A DNA stretch of 64,000 nucleotides from a virus. Below, one piece after another: positions 9,140 through 18,699 of the stretch (position 1 is its first letter; the number at the start of each line of letters is the position of its first letter). The translations under genes and the position numbers were made by a program. Below the pieces are notes generated by a model. The model had not been told where the DNA came from and did no database searches. It saw nothing but the letters and a program-made list of their open reading frames with translations. Location: positions 64,001 to 128,000 of the IMG/VR virus record IMGVR_UViG_3300037808_001516; one strand, written 5' to 3'.

Positions 9140-10726
9140 GTGTCGATAAAACTTACCAAGCAAGAAATAATGAAGGAAATTGTCCGATGCGGCAAGAAGC
9201 CTGAATACTTTATCCACACATACGCAAAGATAACTCACCCAATGAGAGGGCTGATACCCTTCCACTTGTATCCATTCCAAGAAGACCTGTTGGAAGATTT
9301 CGAAGACAATCGATTCAACATCATACTCAAAGCGAGACAGTTGGGAATCTCTACAGTCACCGCGGCATACGTTGCATGGATGATGATGTTTCATCGAGAG
9401 AAGAATGTGCTTGTCATCGCGACTAAGTTTAACACCGCGGCAAACTTAGTAAAGAAAGTTAAGGCAATCATCAAAGCTTTACCAGATTGGCTAAAGATCT
9501 CCACAGTAGATATAGACAATAGAACCTCATTTGTTCTTTCTAACGGATCACAAATTAAGGCATCATCCACATCCGGGGACGCCGGGCGATCGGAAGCACT
9601 ATCTCTTCTCGTCATAGATGAAGCAGCACACGTAGAAGGCCTTGACGAGCTGTGGATGGGCCTCTACCCTACACTATCAACTGGTGGTCGATGCATCGCC
9701 TTGTCTACCCCTAATGGTGTGGGAAATTGGTTTCACAAAAACTACGTAGAAGCGGAGAATAAGTCAAATGATTTTTTCCCAACAAAACTACCGTGGGACG
9801 TCCACCCAGATAGAGACCAGGAGTGGTTTGAAAAAGAGACCAGAAATATGTCTCGTAGGGAAATTGCTCAGGAGCTAGAGTGCAACTTTAACATGTCTGG
9901 TGAGACAGTCTTCGGCGCCGAGGACTTGGAATTATATTTGAACATGTCTTGTGAACCCAAGCACCGAACTGGATTCGACAGAAACCTTTGGATCTGGGAA
10001 GAGAGAAGACAAAACAACACTTACCTTATCGCTGCAGATGTTGCCCGCGGTGATGGTAAGGATTACTCAGTGTGCCATGTTTTCAAATTGGAAACAATGG
10101 AACTTGTTGCAGAGTATCAGGGAAAGGTTACACCGGACGTGTTCTCTAGGGTTCTATTTGACGTGGGACAAGAGTATGGAAACGGATTACTGGTGGTAGA
10201 AAACAACTCAGTAGGTTTTGCAGTCCTTGACAAGCTTAAGGAAATGCAGTATCCTAATCTTTACCATTCCATTAAGTCCACACACGAGTTTGTGGAGGAA
10301 TATCAAGCAGATCAGATGTCCAACGCGGTACCTGGATTCTCTACAACGTCAAAAACGAGACCTTTAATAGTCGCTAAGATGGAAGAATTCATTAGAAATA
10401 ACCTAATTAAGATATATTCCACTCGTCTACTAGCTGAAATGAAGACTTTTGTTTGGAATAACGGAAGAGCCGAAGCTATGAGATCTTACAACGACGATCT
10501 CATAATGGCTTGCGCCGTCGGGTGCTGGGTTAGAGATACTGCACTGGCAGTAAACCAGAGGGACGCCGAGTACGCTAAAGCTTTTATAGGTTCCATTACG
10601 AAAACTACAAACGAAATGGACACGAGGATAAAAGGTATGGTTGGAACGCAAAAATTAAAAATGACAGATGCCGCAAATGAGCATCAACAAAACATCGCCG
10701 CATTTCCGTGGCTATTTAAGGGATAA
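9140..10726 (+). CDS. terminase large subunit (T4 gp17-like)
   Basis: LYPFQ, KARQLGIST Walker A, LLVIDEAA Walker B, STPNG, nuclease DVARGDGKDYS and NDDLIMA. Confidence 0.95.
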   Translation: MSIKLTKQEIMKEIVRCGKKPEYFIHTYAKITHPMRGLIPFHLYPFQEDLLEDFEDNRFNIILKARQLGISTVTAAYVAWMMMFHREKNVLVIATKFNTAANLVKKVKAIIKALPDWLKISTVDIDNRTSFVLSNGSQIKASSTSGDAGRSEALSLLVIDEAAHVEGLDELWMGLYPTLSTGGRCIALSTPNGVGNWFHKNYVEAENKSNDFFPTKLPWDVHPDRDQEWFEKETRNMSRREIAQELECNFNMSGETVFGAEDLELYLNMSCEPKHRTGFDRNLWIWEERRQNNTYLIAADVARGDGKDYSVCHVFKLETMELVAEYQGKVTPDVFSRVLFDVGQEYGNGLLVVENNSVGFAVLDKLKEMQYPNLYHSIKSTHEFVEEYQADQMSNAVPGFSTTSKTRPLIVAKMEEFIRNNLIKIYSTRLLAEMKTFVWNNGRAEAMRSYNDDLIMACAVGCWVRDTALAVNQRDAEYAKAFIGSITKTTNEMDTRIKGMVGTQKLKMTDAANEHQQNIAAFPWLFKG

Positions 10727-10729
10727 AAC

Positions 10730-12718
10730 ATGGCAAGCAAAAAGAATAAAAACAACACAAGAAACCCACAAAGTCTATTGTTCAGGAGACTGACGAGACT
10801 GTTGTCGGGCCCTCTGACTCAGTACCGGACTCAAAACAATCACCGGCTCAGGAGAATTGACTTAGACAAATATGCTAATAGCTTTACTTCTACATCCGGA
10901 AAGGATTTTAAAAAGACTGCGTACAATCCTTACGACAATTTGCAAGCGCAATATATGGCATCTCAACAGAGAGCAGAAAGATACGTAGACTTCGACCAGA
11001 TGGAATACACACCTGAGATTGCTTCCTCACTTGATATCTATGCTGACGAGATGACAACTTACTCTTCTCTCTCTCCGATGTTAAGCATTGAGTGCCCCAA
11101 TGAAGAGATCAAGGCAATTCTAAGCTCTCTTTACAGTAATGTGTTGAACATAGAACACAACATGTTCTCTTGGTGTCGAACAATGTGCAAGTATGGAGAC
11201 TTCTTCTTATATCTCGATATAGATGATGAGCTTGGAGTTACGTCAGTTATTGGTCTCCCAACACAAGAGCTTGAAAGATTAGAAGGAGAAGATAAAACAA
11301 ATCCTAATTATGTGCAATATCAGTGGAACTCAGCCGGACTTACTTTTGAAAACTGGCAAGTGGGACACTTTAGAATCCTCGGCCAAGACAAATACAACCC
11401 ATATGGCACATCTGTTTTGGAACCATCGAGGAGAATATGGAGACAACTAACCCTTATCGAAGACGCTATGATGGCGTATCGTATCGTTAGATCACCCGAG
11501 AGGAAAGCTTTCTATATCGACGTTGGCAATATACCTCCGCAAGACATAGAACAGTATATGCAAAAGGTGATGACTCAAATGAAGAGAAATCAAGTTGTAG
11601 ATTCAAAGACAGGCCGAGTAGACTTGAGGTATAATCCACTCTCAGTGGAAGAAGATTATTTCATCCCTGTCCGCGGCAATAGCAGTACAAAGATAGAGAC
11701 GGTACCTGGAGGTAAATATACAGGCGATATCGACGATGTTAAGTATTTGAGAGACAAACTGTTTTCTGCACTTAAGATACCAGCCGCTTACATTTCTTCC
11801 GACGGAGAAAAAGCGATGGAAGACAAGACAACCCTGGCACAGAAAGACATTAGATTTGCAAGGACAATCCAAAGACTTCAAAGGTCTGTCATATCAGAGC
11901 TTGAAAAGATTGGAATTATTCACCTTTATACGTTGGGGTACAGAGAAGAAGATCTTGTTTCCTTCACATGTCACTTAAACAATCCCTCAAAGATCGCCGA
12001 GATGCAAGAACTCGAACACTGGAAGAGTAGATTCGAAATAGCGGGGAACGCAACAGAAGGGTTCTTTTCTAAGCAATGGCTAGCAAAGACTTTATTCGGA
12101 ATGTCCAACGAAGAATTTATCAGGAACAGAAGAGAAATGTTCTACGACAAACGATACGAGGCAGCTCTAGAGACAGCAGGGGAAGCCGAGCAGGCAGAGT
12201 TAACTTCTGATTTGAATTCCGGAGTCGATGATCTTGAGACGACTGCAGGCAATGCGGACCTCGCCGGCGGCACCGGCGCCGTAGGTTCTGAGCCTGAACT
12301 TGGTGCTTCGATACCTGCCGCTGGTGCAGACCTTGGAGCAGACGATGCTGGCCAGGACGGAGACCTACTAGCAACACCACCAGGAAAACGAGAGGACGAC
12401 AAGGGAAGAACCACGACAGACAAGTCTCACGGATGGTACGAGCCCCGCGGACTAAAGCCCGGCGGAGACCGTAGAAGGGCGTCAGGACCACGGAAGAAAA
12501 ACATGAACCGCGCCGCATCCCCGGAAACAGGAACAATGAGAAAGATGTTCCCTGGTATGGAAGAACTTTCAGGCTTAACAAAAGCAACCAGTGTTTATGA
12601 AGATAAAAAGACTAATTATAAAGTAGAGGAGACAAAAATCCTCAAAGAACAAAAAGAGTTAGATGCTCTTTTCAAAAGCCTAAAAGCGAGGGACGAAAAG
12701 AATGAGACTGAAGCATAA
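10730..12718 (+). CDS. portal protein (T4 gp20-like)
   Basis: IEDAMMAYRIVRSPERKAFYIDVGN, EDYFIP, DDVKYLRDKLFSALKIP; acidic/basic C-terminal extension. Confidence 0.95.
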   Translation: MASKKNKNNTRNPQSLLFRRLTRLLSGPLTQYRTQNNHRLRRIDLDKYANSFTSTSGKDFKKTAYNPYDNLQAQYMASQQRAERYVDFDQMEYTPEIASSLDIYADEMTTYSSLSPMLSIECPNEEIKAILSSLYSNVLNIEHNMFSWCRTMCKYGDFFLYLDIDDELGVTSVIGLPTQELERLEGEDKTNPNYVQYQWNSAGLTFENWQVGHFRILGQDKYNPYGTSVLEPSRRIWRQLTLIEDAMMAYRIVRSPERKAFYIDVGNIPPQDIEQYMQKVMTQMKRNQVVDSKTGRVDLRYNPLSVEEDYFIPVRGNSSTKIETVPGGKYTGDIDDVKYLRDKLFSALKIPAAYISSDGEKAMEDKTTLAQKDIRFARTIQRLQRSVISELEKIGIIHLYTLGYREEDLVSFTCHLNNPSKIAEMQELEHWKSRFEIAGNATEGFFSKQWLAKTLFGMSNEEFIRNRREMFYDKRYEAALETAGEAEQAELTSDLNSGVDDLETTAGNADLAGGTGAVGSEPELGASIPAAGADLGADDAGQDGDLLATPPGKREDDKGRTTTDKSHGWYEPRGLKPGGDRRRASGPRKKNMNRAASPETGTMRKMFPGMEELSGLTKATSVYEDKKTNYKVEETKILKEQKELDALFKSLKARDEKNETEA

Positions 12719-13520
12719 CAAGAAAAGAAACACAGCATTTGTTTACGAGGCACTGGTAAGAGAGTTGACAGAGTCGGTTGTTAAGAACAACAAAAACAAA
12801 CAAAACAAGATTGTTTCAATTATCAAGGACCACTTCAAGGGAGACTCCTTATTGAAAAAGGAGCTGGAGCTTTATAGAACCATATATGAAACCCGACATA
12901 TTGAAAAGACCACAGCCGAGAAGATTGTTGTCCAAGTTAAAGAAAAGCACGACTCTATGGATAAGAGGATGTTGTTCTTGGAACAATCTGCGCTCATCAA
13001 TAAGATAAACAGAACACTGTCGAACAAAGTTTATAACAACTTTGTTCCAAATTATAAGACGATAGCTTCGGTTTATTCTATTTTTCAAGAGGCACTGCCA
13101 GTAAAGGACAGAGTTCTTCTGGAAGAGAACATTGTTGATCAAATGTCCGCATCAGCAAACACAATCCAAGAGTCGCAACAACCTATTGATTCACTTGTGT
13201 ATGGAACTTTTGTAACTAAGTTCAACGAAGAGTATTCTGATTCGTTGAATGAGAATCAAAAAACGCTCCTAAGCACCTATGTATCCTCTTTTGAGAACAA
13301 TGGAGTGGACTTGAAGATATACTTAAACGAGGAGATCGGTAGAATAAAGGGAAGGCTAGTCGAAATAAAAGAAGAAAACAACAATTCAGAGCTTAAAGAA
13401 AAGTTAGAAAAAGTTTATAATATTTTAGATGAGACAAAGACAAAAGAAATAGACACCTCTACATTAGAGGTTGTTCTTTCTACGCAACAGTTATTGGAAG
13501 AGTTGGAAAATGGCGATTGA
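12702..13520 (+). CDS. hypothetical head-module protein
   Basis: 272-aa helical ORF (KHNKKRNT N-terminus) overlapping the portal stop. Confidence 0.7.
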   Translation: MRLKHNKKRNTAFVYEALVRELTESVVKNNKNKQNKIVSIIKDHFKGDSLLKKELELYRTIYETRHIEKTTAEKIVVQVKEKHDSMDKRMLFLEQSALINKINRTLSNKVYNNFVPNYKTIASVYSIFQEALPVKDRVLLEENIVDQMSASANTIQESQQPIDSLVYGTFVTKFNEEYSDSLNENQKTLLSTYVSSFENNGVDLKIYLNEEIGRIKGRLVEIKEENNNSELKEKLEKVYNILDETKTKEIDTSTLEVVLSTQQLLEELENGD

Positions 13521-14052
13521 TATTAAAATAGAATTAGACCCTAGGATAAATTTAAAAGCCAGAAGAACAATAGAGGGCAACATTATAATACTAGACCATG
13601 AAGACATGGACATAGTTTTGATGTCTGAGAAGAAGAAGTGTATAGCGTTTCCGAAGGAGTCAATGTCGGATAAGGTTTACTCCTCTCAGGACAGGATGTT
13701 CAACTTCTTAGCCAAAAGAGGATTGATAAATCGTGGCACCATTCGCGGAGGTAATGTCTTTGGTTCCTTAGAGGCAGACATGCTTGAATCTAAGATCCCC
13801 GGTGTTGATTACGGCCAAGCACTTCTATATTCTATTCACGAATATATTACAGACGAGCGCCCATATTTCAAATCAGCTGAAGAGTATGATGATGCTCGCC
13901 TTGATGCAATGCTTCGCCCTTCAACTGAAGATTCGACTGAGCTTGGAGACGTGCCGCAGAAAGCCAGTAAGGGTTCGATGACTAAACAGATCGGACCATA
14001 CGGCTTTCAATACAACTACTCCCTCGTCAGAGAGGACCAAGGTGAAGACTAG
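13510..14052 (+). CDS. hypothetical protein
   Basis: ORF in the head operon; start placed at ATG 13510 overlapping the upstream gene. Confidence 0.65.
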   Translation: MAIDIKIELDPRINLKARRTIEGNIIILDHEDMDIVLMSEKKKCIAFPKESMSDKVYSSQDRMFNFLAKRGLINRGTIRGGNVFGSLEADMLESKIPGVDYGQALLYSIHEYITDERPYFKSAEEYDDARLDAMLRPSTEDSTELGDVPQKASKGSMTKQIGPYGFQYNYSLVREDQGED

Positions 14053-14363
14053 TGACATTTATTTGGTTCTCACTTATTTCATATGGCCTCACCCAGATCC
14101 TCGTTTACGGAAAAATCCTAGACCCAATCCGCCCAAAGTCCGGAAAGTTAGGGCAATTGCTTGAGTGCCCAATGTGCACCGGCTTTTGGGTGGGTCTATT
14201 TTTATGGTCCGTAAAGGACTATACTCAACTATTTACTTTTGATAATTCTTTTGTTACAGGCATACTGCTTGGTTTCGCCGGCTCCGGCTCGGCATACATC
14301 GGCAATATGATTTTTGGTGACGAAGGAATAAAAATTGAACATCTTGTAAGGGAGAAAAAATGA
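14052..14363 (+). CDS. DUF1360-like small membrane protein
   Basis: LGQLLECPMCTGFWVG (CPxCxxxW) flanked by TM segments. Confidence 0.65.
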   Translation: MTFIWFSLISYGLTQILVYGKILDPIRPKSGKLGQLLECPMCTGFWVGLFLWSVKDYTQLFTFDNSFVTGILLGFAGSGSAYIGNMIFGDEGIKIEHLVREKK

Positions 14364-14425
14364 GAGACTTAATTACAATAAAGAGAATGCTAAGACCAGT
14401 AAGACGCTGTAAAGCCGGCTGCTAG
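14360..14425 (+). CDS. 21-aa basic/Cys peptide MRDLITIKRMLRPVRRCKAGC
   Basis: GGAGA RBS, ATGA overlap with the upstream stop, fills the gap exactly; below the ORF-track length cutoff. Confidence 0.5.
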   Translation: MRDLITIKRMLRPVRRCKAGC

Positions 14426-14458
14426 ATGACGCGGGTGGCCCCCGCTGTGAGGAAAAAC

Positions 14459-15064
14459 ATGAAACTTATTAGAGAATATTACGAATTATGCGAAGGCGGC
14501 GTATGCCAAGACCTTCTTACTGAAGATGACAAGAAGTTTGTCGCCGAAGGCGGCCGCATGTTGTCCGGCGTTATGCAAATGGCAGAAACTCAAAACGGTA
14601 ATGGCAGAGTGTACCCACAAGCCATACTGGAAAGAGAGGTCGCTAACTATGCCAAGCTTGTAAAAGAACGCAGAGCACTTGGGGAACTAGACCATCCAGA
14701 CAGTTCTGTCATTAACTTGGCTAACGCTTCGCATATGGTCACTAAGATATGGATGGAAGGCAAGGTCTGTAAAGGTACAATTAGGGTATTGCCGACACCA
14801 TCCGGAAAGATCCTTGAGGGCCTCATTGACGCTGGTTGCCTGTTGGGTATATCCTCACGAGGTATGGGGTCGGTGACTGAGAGAAACGGTATTACTATGG
14901 TAGAGGATGATTTCCAGCTTCTTTGTTTTGATATGGTTTCAGACCCTTCAACGCCAGGAGCTTTCATGTTAAAAGAGGCTAAAGAAAACACAAACATCTT
15001 CACCAAAGAAGACAAGATTGACAGAGCTATAAACAACTTTCTACATAAGTTTGGAGAAAAATGA
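14459..15064 (+). CDS. prohead core protease (T4 gp21-like)
   Basis: NGNGRVYP, ALGELDHP, LGISSRGMGS, DMVSDPSTPGA; ATG 14459 follows a GAGG RBS. Confidence 0.93.
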   Translation: MKLIREYYELCEGGVCQDLLTEDDKKFVAEGGRMLSGVMQMAETQNGNGRVYPQAILEREVANYAKLVKERRALGELDHPDSSVINLANASHMVTKIWMEGKVCKGTIRVLPTPSGKILEGLIDAGCLLGISSRGMGSVTERNGITMVEDDFQLLCFDMVSDPSTPGAFMLKEAKENTNIFTKEDKIDRAINNFLHKFGEK

Positions 15065-15477
15065 AGAAATCAGAGTTAAAAAACATCATTAAAGAGTGTG
15101 TAAAGGAAATATTGTTCGAAGAGGGCGTACTTTCTAATCTCGTCGCAGAGGTTGCATTTGGTATTGCAAAAGCTCAAGGAACATTGGTGGAAAACAACAA
15201 GCAACCCCAAGACACGAAAGCAGCGCAAGAATTAAAAGAAGAACAACAAGAGTCGAGAAGACAAAAACTTCTCGAAACAAAAAGAAAGATGCTAGATGCT
15301 ATGGGTAATCAAAACATGGCTAACGTCTTCGAAGGTACAGAACCACTCAAGTCTGCCGGCACCCCTCAGGCTTCACCAGCCCAAGGACCGATGGCAGGAA
15401 GAGACCCTAACGATGCTGGTGTAGATATCAGCGGTTTGTTTAGTGTAGCAGGACAAAAGTGGAACGCTCTAAAGTAA
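15061..15477 (+). CDS. hypothetical head protein with KKSELKNIIKE N-terminus
   Basis: GGAG RBS; same N-terminal motif as the 3303 family. Confidence 0.65.
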   Translation: MKKSELKNIIKECVKEILFEEGVLSNLVAEVAFGIAKAQGTLVENNKQPQDTKAAQELKEEQQESRRQKLLETKRKMLDAMGNQNMANVFEGTEPLKSAGTPQASPAQGPMAGRDPNDAGVDISGLFSVAGQKWNALK

Positions 15478-15487
15478 AGGAGAAACG

Positions 15488-15724
15488 ATGAGCAAAGGAA
15501 AAGTATGTCACGTTGAAATCGTGATACATGATCAGAACCAAGTAGAGAGGATGATCAAGAAGTTTACGCGCAAGTGTAAAAAGCAAGGTCTGTTCGCAGA
15601 ACTACAGGAAAGAAGATACTTCAAAAAGAAGTCTCTTAAGATGAAAGAAAAACGGGAAAATAAAAAGAGGTTGTCCCAAAAAACAACTCAAAAGATGAAA
15701 GACAAATTTAACAAATTTGATTAG
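15488..15724 (+). CDS. rpsU: phage-encoded ribosomal protein bS21 homolog
   Basis: VERMIKKFTRKCKKQGLFAELQERRYFKKKS matches the bS21 pattern E-x-a-l-r-r-F-k-r...G...e...r-x-Y-x-K-P-S; 78 aa, very basic. Confidence 0.8.
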   Translation: MSKGKVCHVEIVIHDQNQVERMIKKFTRKCKKQGLFAELQERRYFKKKSLKMKEKRENKKRLSQKTTQKMKDKFNKFD

Positions 15725-15735
15725 GAGAACACAAA

Positions 15736-16155
15736 ATGGCAAAAGGATTTAGCAATGTACCAGCACCATCGCATGAGTTTAGAAGTGCATCAAGCTGGGG
15801 TAGGACAAGAGGCCCGAAGAATTTAGCCGGCACCAACGGCACGCAGGTGTCAGCTGCAACGGCGCCTCCAACATCCGTAACGAATGGTTATGCAACAGAG
15901 AACCAAAGGTATTTGCACTTACGGTTTAAAGAATCACAGAACACATCCAGAACAATAACGGTGTGGGCTTGGTCTCATGCATTCGGAGCGTGGTCAGCTT
16001 TAACAGACTTGACTGGAACGGCCGTAACTCTTACATGCGACGCCGAAACAAAATATAGAGTGTTTGAGATAAGCGGCGTCGACAGAGTTTATTTCCAGGC
16101 ATCCGGTGCACTACATGGCTCTGACGAACTTCACGCAGCAGGCTCAACGTTCTAG
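15736..16155 (+). CDS. putative capsid decoration protein
   Basis: 139-aa beta-rich ORF in the head module; homologous to the C-terminus of the next gene. Confidence 0.5.
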   Translation: MAKGFSNVPAPSHEFRSASSWGRTRGPKNLAGTNGTQVSAATAPPTSVTNGYATENQRYLHLRFKESQNTSRTITVWAWSHAFGAWSALTDLTGTAVTLTCDAETKYRVFEISGVDRVYFQASGALHGSDELHAAGSTF

Positions 16156-16164
16156 GAGAAACCA

Positions 16165-17367
16165 ATGTCTAAAAGAGTTAACTTAAAAGCAGTTCAGTTT
16201 TCTTCGAATGGAGACACAATAGATATCGCAGACAGCGACAACTTATCTTTTACAGATGGTTCGGGCACAGACAAGCCTTTTTCTATATCTGCTTGGGTGT
16301 ATGTCGGAAATATCGCAACAGACTCAGGTGTAATAATTTCACGAAGAAATAGAGACGGCGCCGGCGTCCAAGACGGTGAGTGGATAATAGAACACGTCAA
16401 CGGAAAAATTAAAGCTTACTTGTATGCTGATAATGCTTATAACGAACAAGCAGGCTTCTCAACTTCGAACAGGTTAATATTTGAATCTTCTGCCGCAAAC
16501 CTAACTTCTGCTACCTGGCACTTCATAACAGTTACATACGATGCAAGTCAAGCCACCACCGGACTTAAGGTATACAAAGATGGGACGGAGATCACTGCGA
16601 ACAAAACTGTACAGAAGAACCTCTATGCCGGCATGCCCAATTATAATATCGTTACTACCATCGGCGGCACCGACAGCCCCGATACAAATACGTTTGAGGA
16701 TAACATTGCTGACGTCGTTGTTTTTGATAAGGAACTTTCGCAAACTGAGATAACAGAAATATACAATGGCGGAAAAGTTAAAAACATGACAAAGGCCACC
16801 ACATACAACAACATTATCTCTTGGTGGAAGATGGGCGACGACACCGATGCTCCAATCGCCAATGGAATAAAAGACTATGTGGGCTCGAACAACGGGACCA
16901 TGGTCGGAGACTCTGTTATAGTCACTGTACCCGCACTGGATACAGACAGGATAGGTAATGACGGAGTTATGATACCATCAAGTTGGGGTCGCACCCGACA
17001 ACCAAAGAACATCGCTGGCGACCACCAGGTATATGTTCATGGTGGCATCGCAGGAAACATGCCGACAACAGTACCAAGCGGAGTAGACGCAGGGTATGCG
17101 CTGGAAAACCAAAGATATCTACATCTTTACTGGAAGGCTGCATCCACAACTGCAGCAGTGACAGCCTGGACATACAGTCATGCCTCCGGCGATTGGTCAG
17201 AACTATATGATACTGGTGGAACACAGGTGAAACTGTCAGTCTCAGGGGCCCCCGCAGATACCATGAGAATCTTTGAAGTGTCAGGTGTAGACAGGGTTTA
17301 CTTTCGCCAATCCGGCACCGCACTCGCGGCAACTGATTTGTTTGCAGCAGCTGCCTCTAGCTTCTAG
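16165..17367 (+). CDS. LamG/concanavalin-like domain virion protein with C-terminal domain paralogous to 15736
   Basis: FSISAWV, WHFITVTYD, LKVYKDG, IADVVVFDKELSQTEI, ISWWKMGD LamG motifs. Confidence 0.75.
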   Translation: MSKRVNLKAVQFSSNGDTIDIADSDNLSFTDGSGTDKPFSISAWVYVGNIATDSGVIISRRNRDGAGVQDGEWIIEHVNGKIKAYLYADNAYNEQAGFSTSNRLIFESSAANLTSATWHFITVTYDASQATTGLKVYKDGTEITANKTVQKNLYAGMPNYNIVTTIGGTDSPDTNTFEDNIADVVVFDKELSQTEITEIYNGGKVKNMTKATTYNNIISWWKMGDDTDAPIANGIKDYVGSNNGTMVGDSVIVTVPALDTDRIGNDGVMIPSSWGRTRQPKNIAGDHQVYVHGGIAGNMPTTVPSGVDAGYALENQRYLHLYWKAASTTAAVTAWTYSHASGDWSELYDTGGTQVKLSVSGAPADTMRIFEVSGVDRVYFRQSGTALAATDLFAAAASSF

Positions 17368-17401
17368 CAGAAATTTTTCCTTCCCTTTAGAAACTGAAAA
17401 C

Positions 17402-17410
17402 ACTATTTAT
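17402..17410 (+). promoter_or_regulatory. putative late promoter ACTATTTAT
   Basis: Intergenic, upstream of the scaffold-capsid operon. Confidence 0.7.
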
Positions 17411-17466
17411 TAAGAGGCGGACCAATCCGTCGTCCGTATAATATAATTTGTTAGGAGTCAAAAATA

Positions 17467-18663
17467 ATGTCAAACTTACTGGAAAGAGCAATCATCGATG
17501 CAAAAGCGTTGAAGGAAGTGGCGCTTAAAAACGCAGAACAGCTTGTAATAGAGAAATACTCTGTAGAAGTCAAAGAAGCGATGAGCCAGATCCTTGAAGA
17601 TGAATCTGCCGAAGCCATGGTCGACCTCTTCGGAGATGAACAGTCTGCAGAAGCAGGCATGCCCGAGTCTCCTGAAGGAGAAGAACTCGAAGATCCTATC
17701 ACAACTAGTGATATAGAATCTCAGATACCAGATGCATTCATGTCCGACGACGAAGAAATAATCCAAATCAAGTTGGACTCTCTCGATGATGAAATCGAAG
17801 ACGAAGATGCTTTGTTTGGAGGAGACGACAAGCTGGATGACGATGAGATAGGTATCGACATCACAGACGACGAAGAGATGGACGCGGACCTTGATGCCTC
17901 TATCGAGCCTGACATCGACCTGGGATCTGATCTCGGCTCCGACATAGGCGCAGGCATGGACACTGCAGGATTGCAAGAAGTCATAGCTTCCGCTTTACAG
18001 GATATTCTATCCGAGGAAGAAGAGGATGAGGAAGACCTTAACGAAGAGGACAAAGAAGAACTCGATGAGGAGATTGACCTAGATGAGCTTATGGAAAGAG
18101 TCAGAGTCGAAGGCACTCCACAAAAGTCTGGTTGGGCCGGAACACCAGAATCTATCATGAAAGAATACGAATCAATGCTGCTTGCTAGAGAGCAAGACAG
18201 CGAAGTAAAAGAAGAGAACGAGGAACTTCGAAAGAATGTTGCCGCTCTTCAAAAAGAAAACAAGACACTTACTTCTGCGGCACTCAAGCTGCAGGAGCAA
18301 AACAAAGATTTTACTACAGCATTTAACACATTGCAAGAAAAGTTAGAGACCATGAATGTTTCCAACGCAAAGTTGCTGTATATTAACCAGGCTCTAGAAA
18401 ATGCCTCCTTGAATGAGCGACAAAAAAGAAAAATTGTCGAAGCCATTTCGAAAGCCGGAACAGTACAAGAAGCAAAGATTGTATTTGAAACTATGAACGA
18501 CACAGTTGTTACTACTTCAGACGTGAGGAAAGAAACTACTTTAAGTGAAATGGTATCAAGAAAGTCTTCACTACTTGTCGCGGCTCGAAAAGAGCAACCA
18601 AAACAGGAAGCCAGCCCCTTATTCAATAGAATGCAAGCGCTGGCAGGAATAAAGACAAATTAA
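17467..18663 (+). CDS. prohead scaffold/core protein (T4 gp22-like)
   Basis: Very acidic middle, coiled coil, NAKLLY, C-terminal RMQALAGI; directly upstream of the major capsid gene. Confidence 0.8.
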   Translation: MSNLLERAIIDAKALKEVALKNAEQLVIEKYSVEVKEAMSQILEDESAEAMVDLFGDEQSAEAGMPESPEGEELEDPITTSDIESQIPDAFMSDDEEIIQIKLDSLDDEIEDEDALFGGDDKLDDDEIGIDITDDEEMDADLDASIEPDIDLGSDLGSDIGAGMDTAGLQEVIASALQDILSEEEEDEEDLNEEDKEELDEEIDLDELMERVRVEGTPQKSGWAGTPESIMKEYESMLLAREQDSEVKEENEELRKNVAALQKENKTLTSAALKLQEQNKDFTTAFNTLQEKLETMNVSNAKLLYINQALENASLNERQKRKIVEAISKAGTVQEAKIVFETMNDTVVTTSDVRKETTLSEMVSRKSSLLVAARKEQPKQEASPLFNRMQALAGIKTN

Positions 18664-18699
18664 TTCTAATAATATTACAGAAAAGGAGGTGAATTTATA

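Noticed and set aside
14423-14445. Stop codon plus hairpin as a selenocysteine (SECIS) signal
   Set aside because: The in-frame stop is TAG, not TGA; kept only as a possible readthrough or leader element
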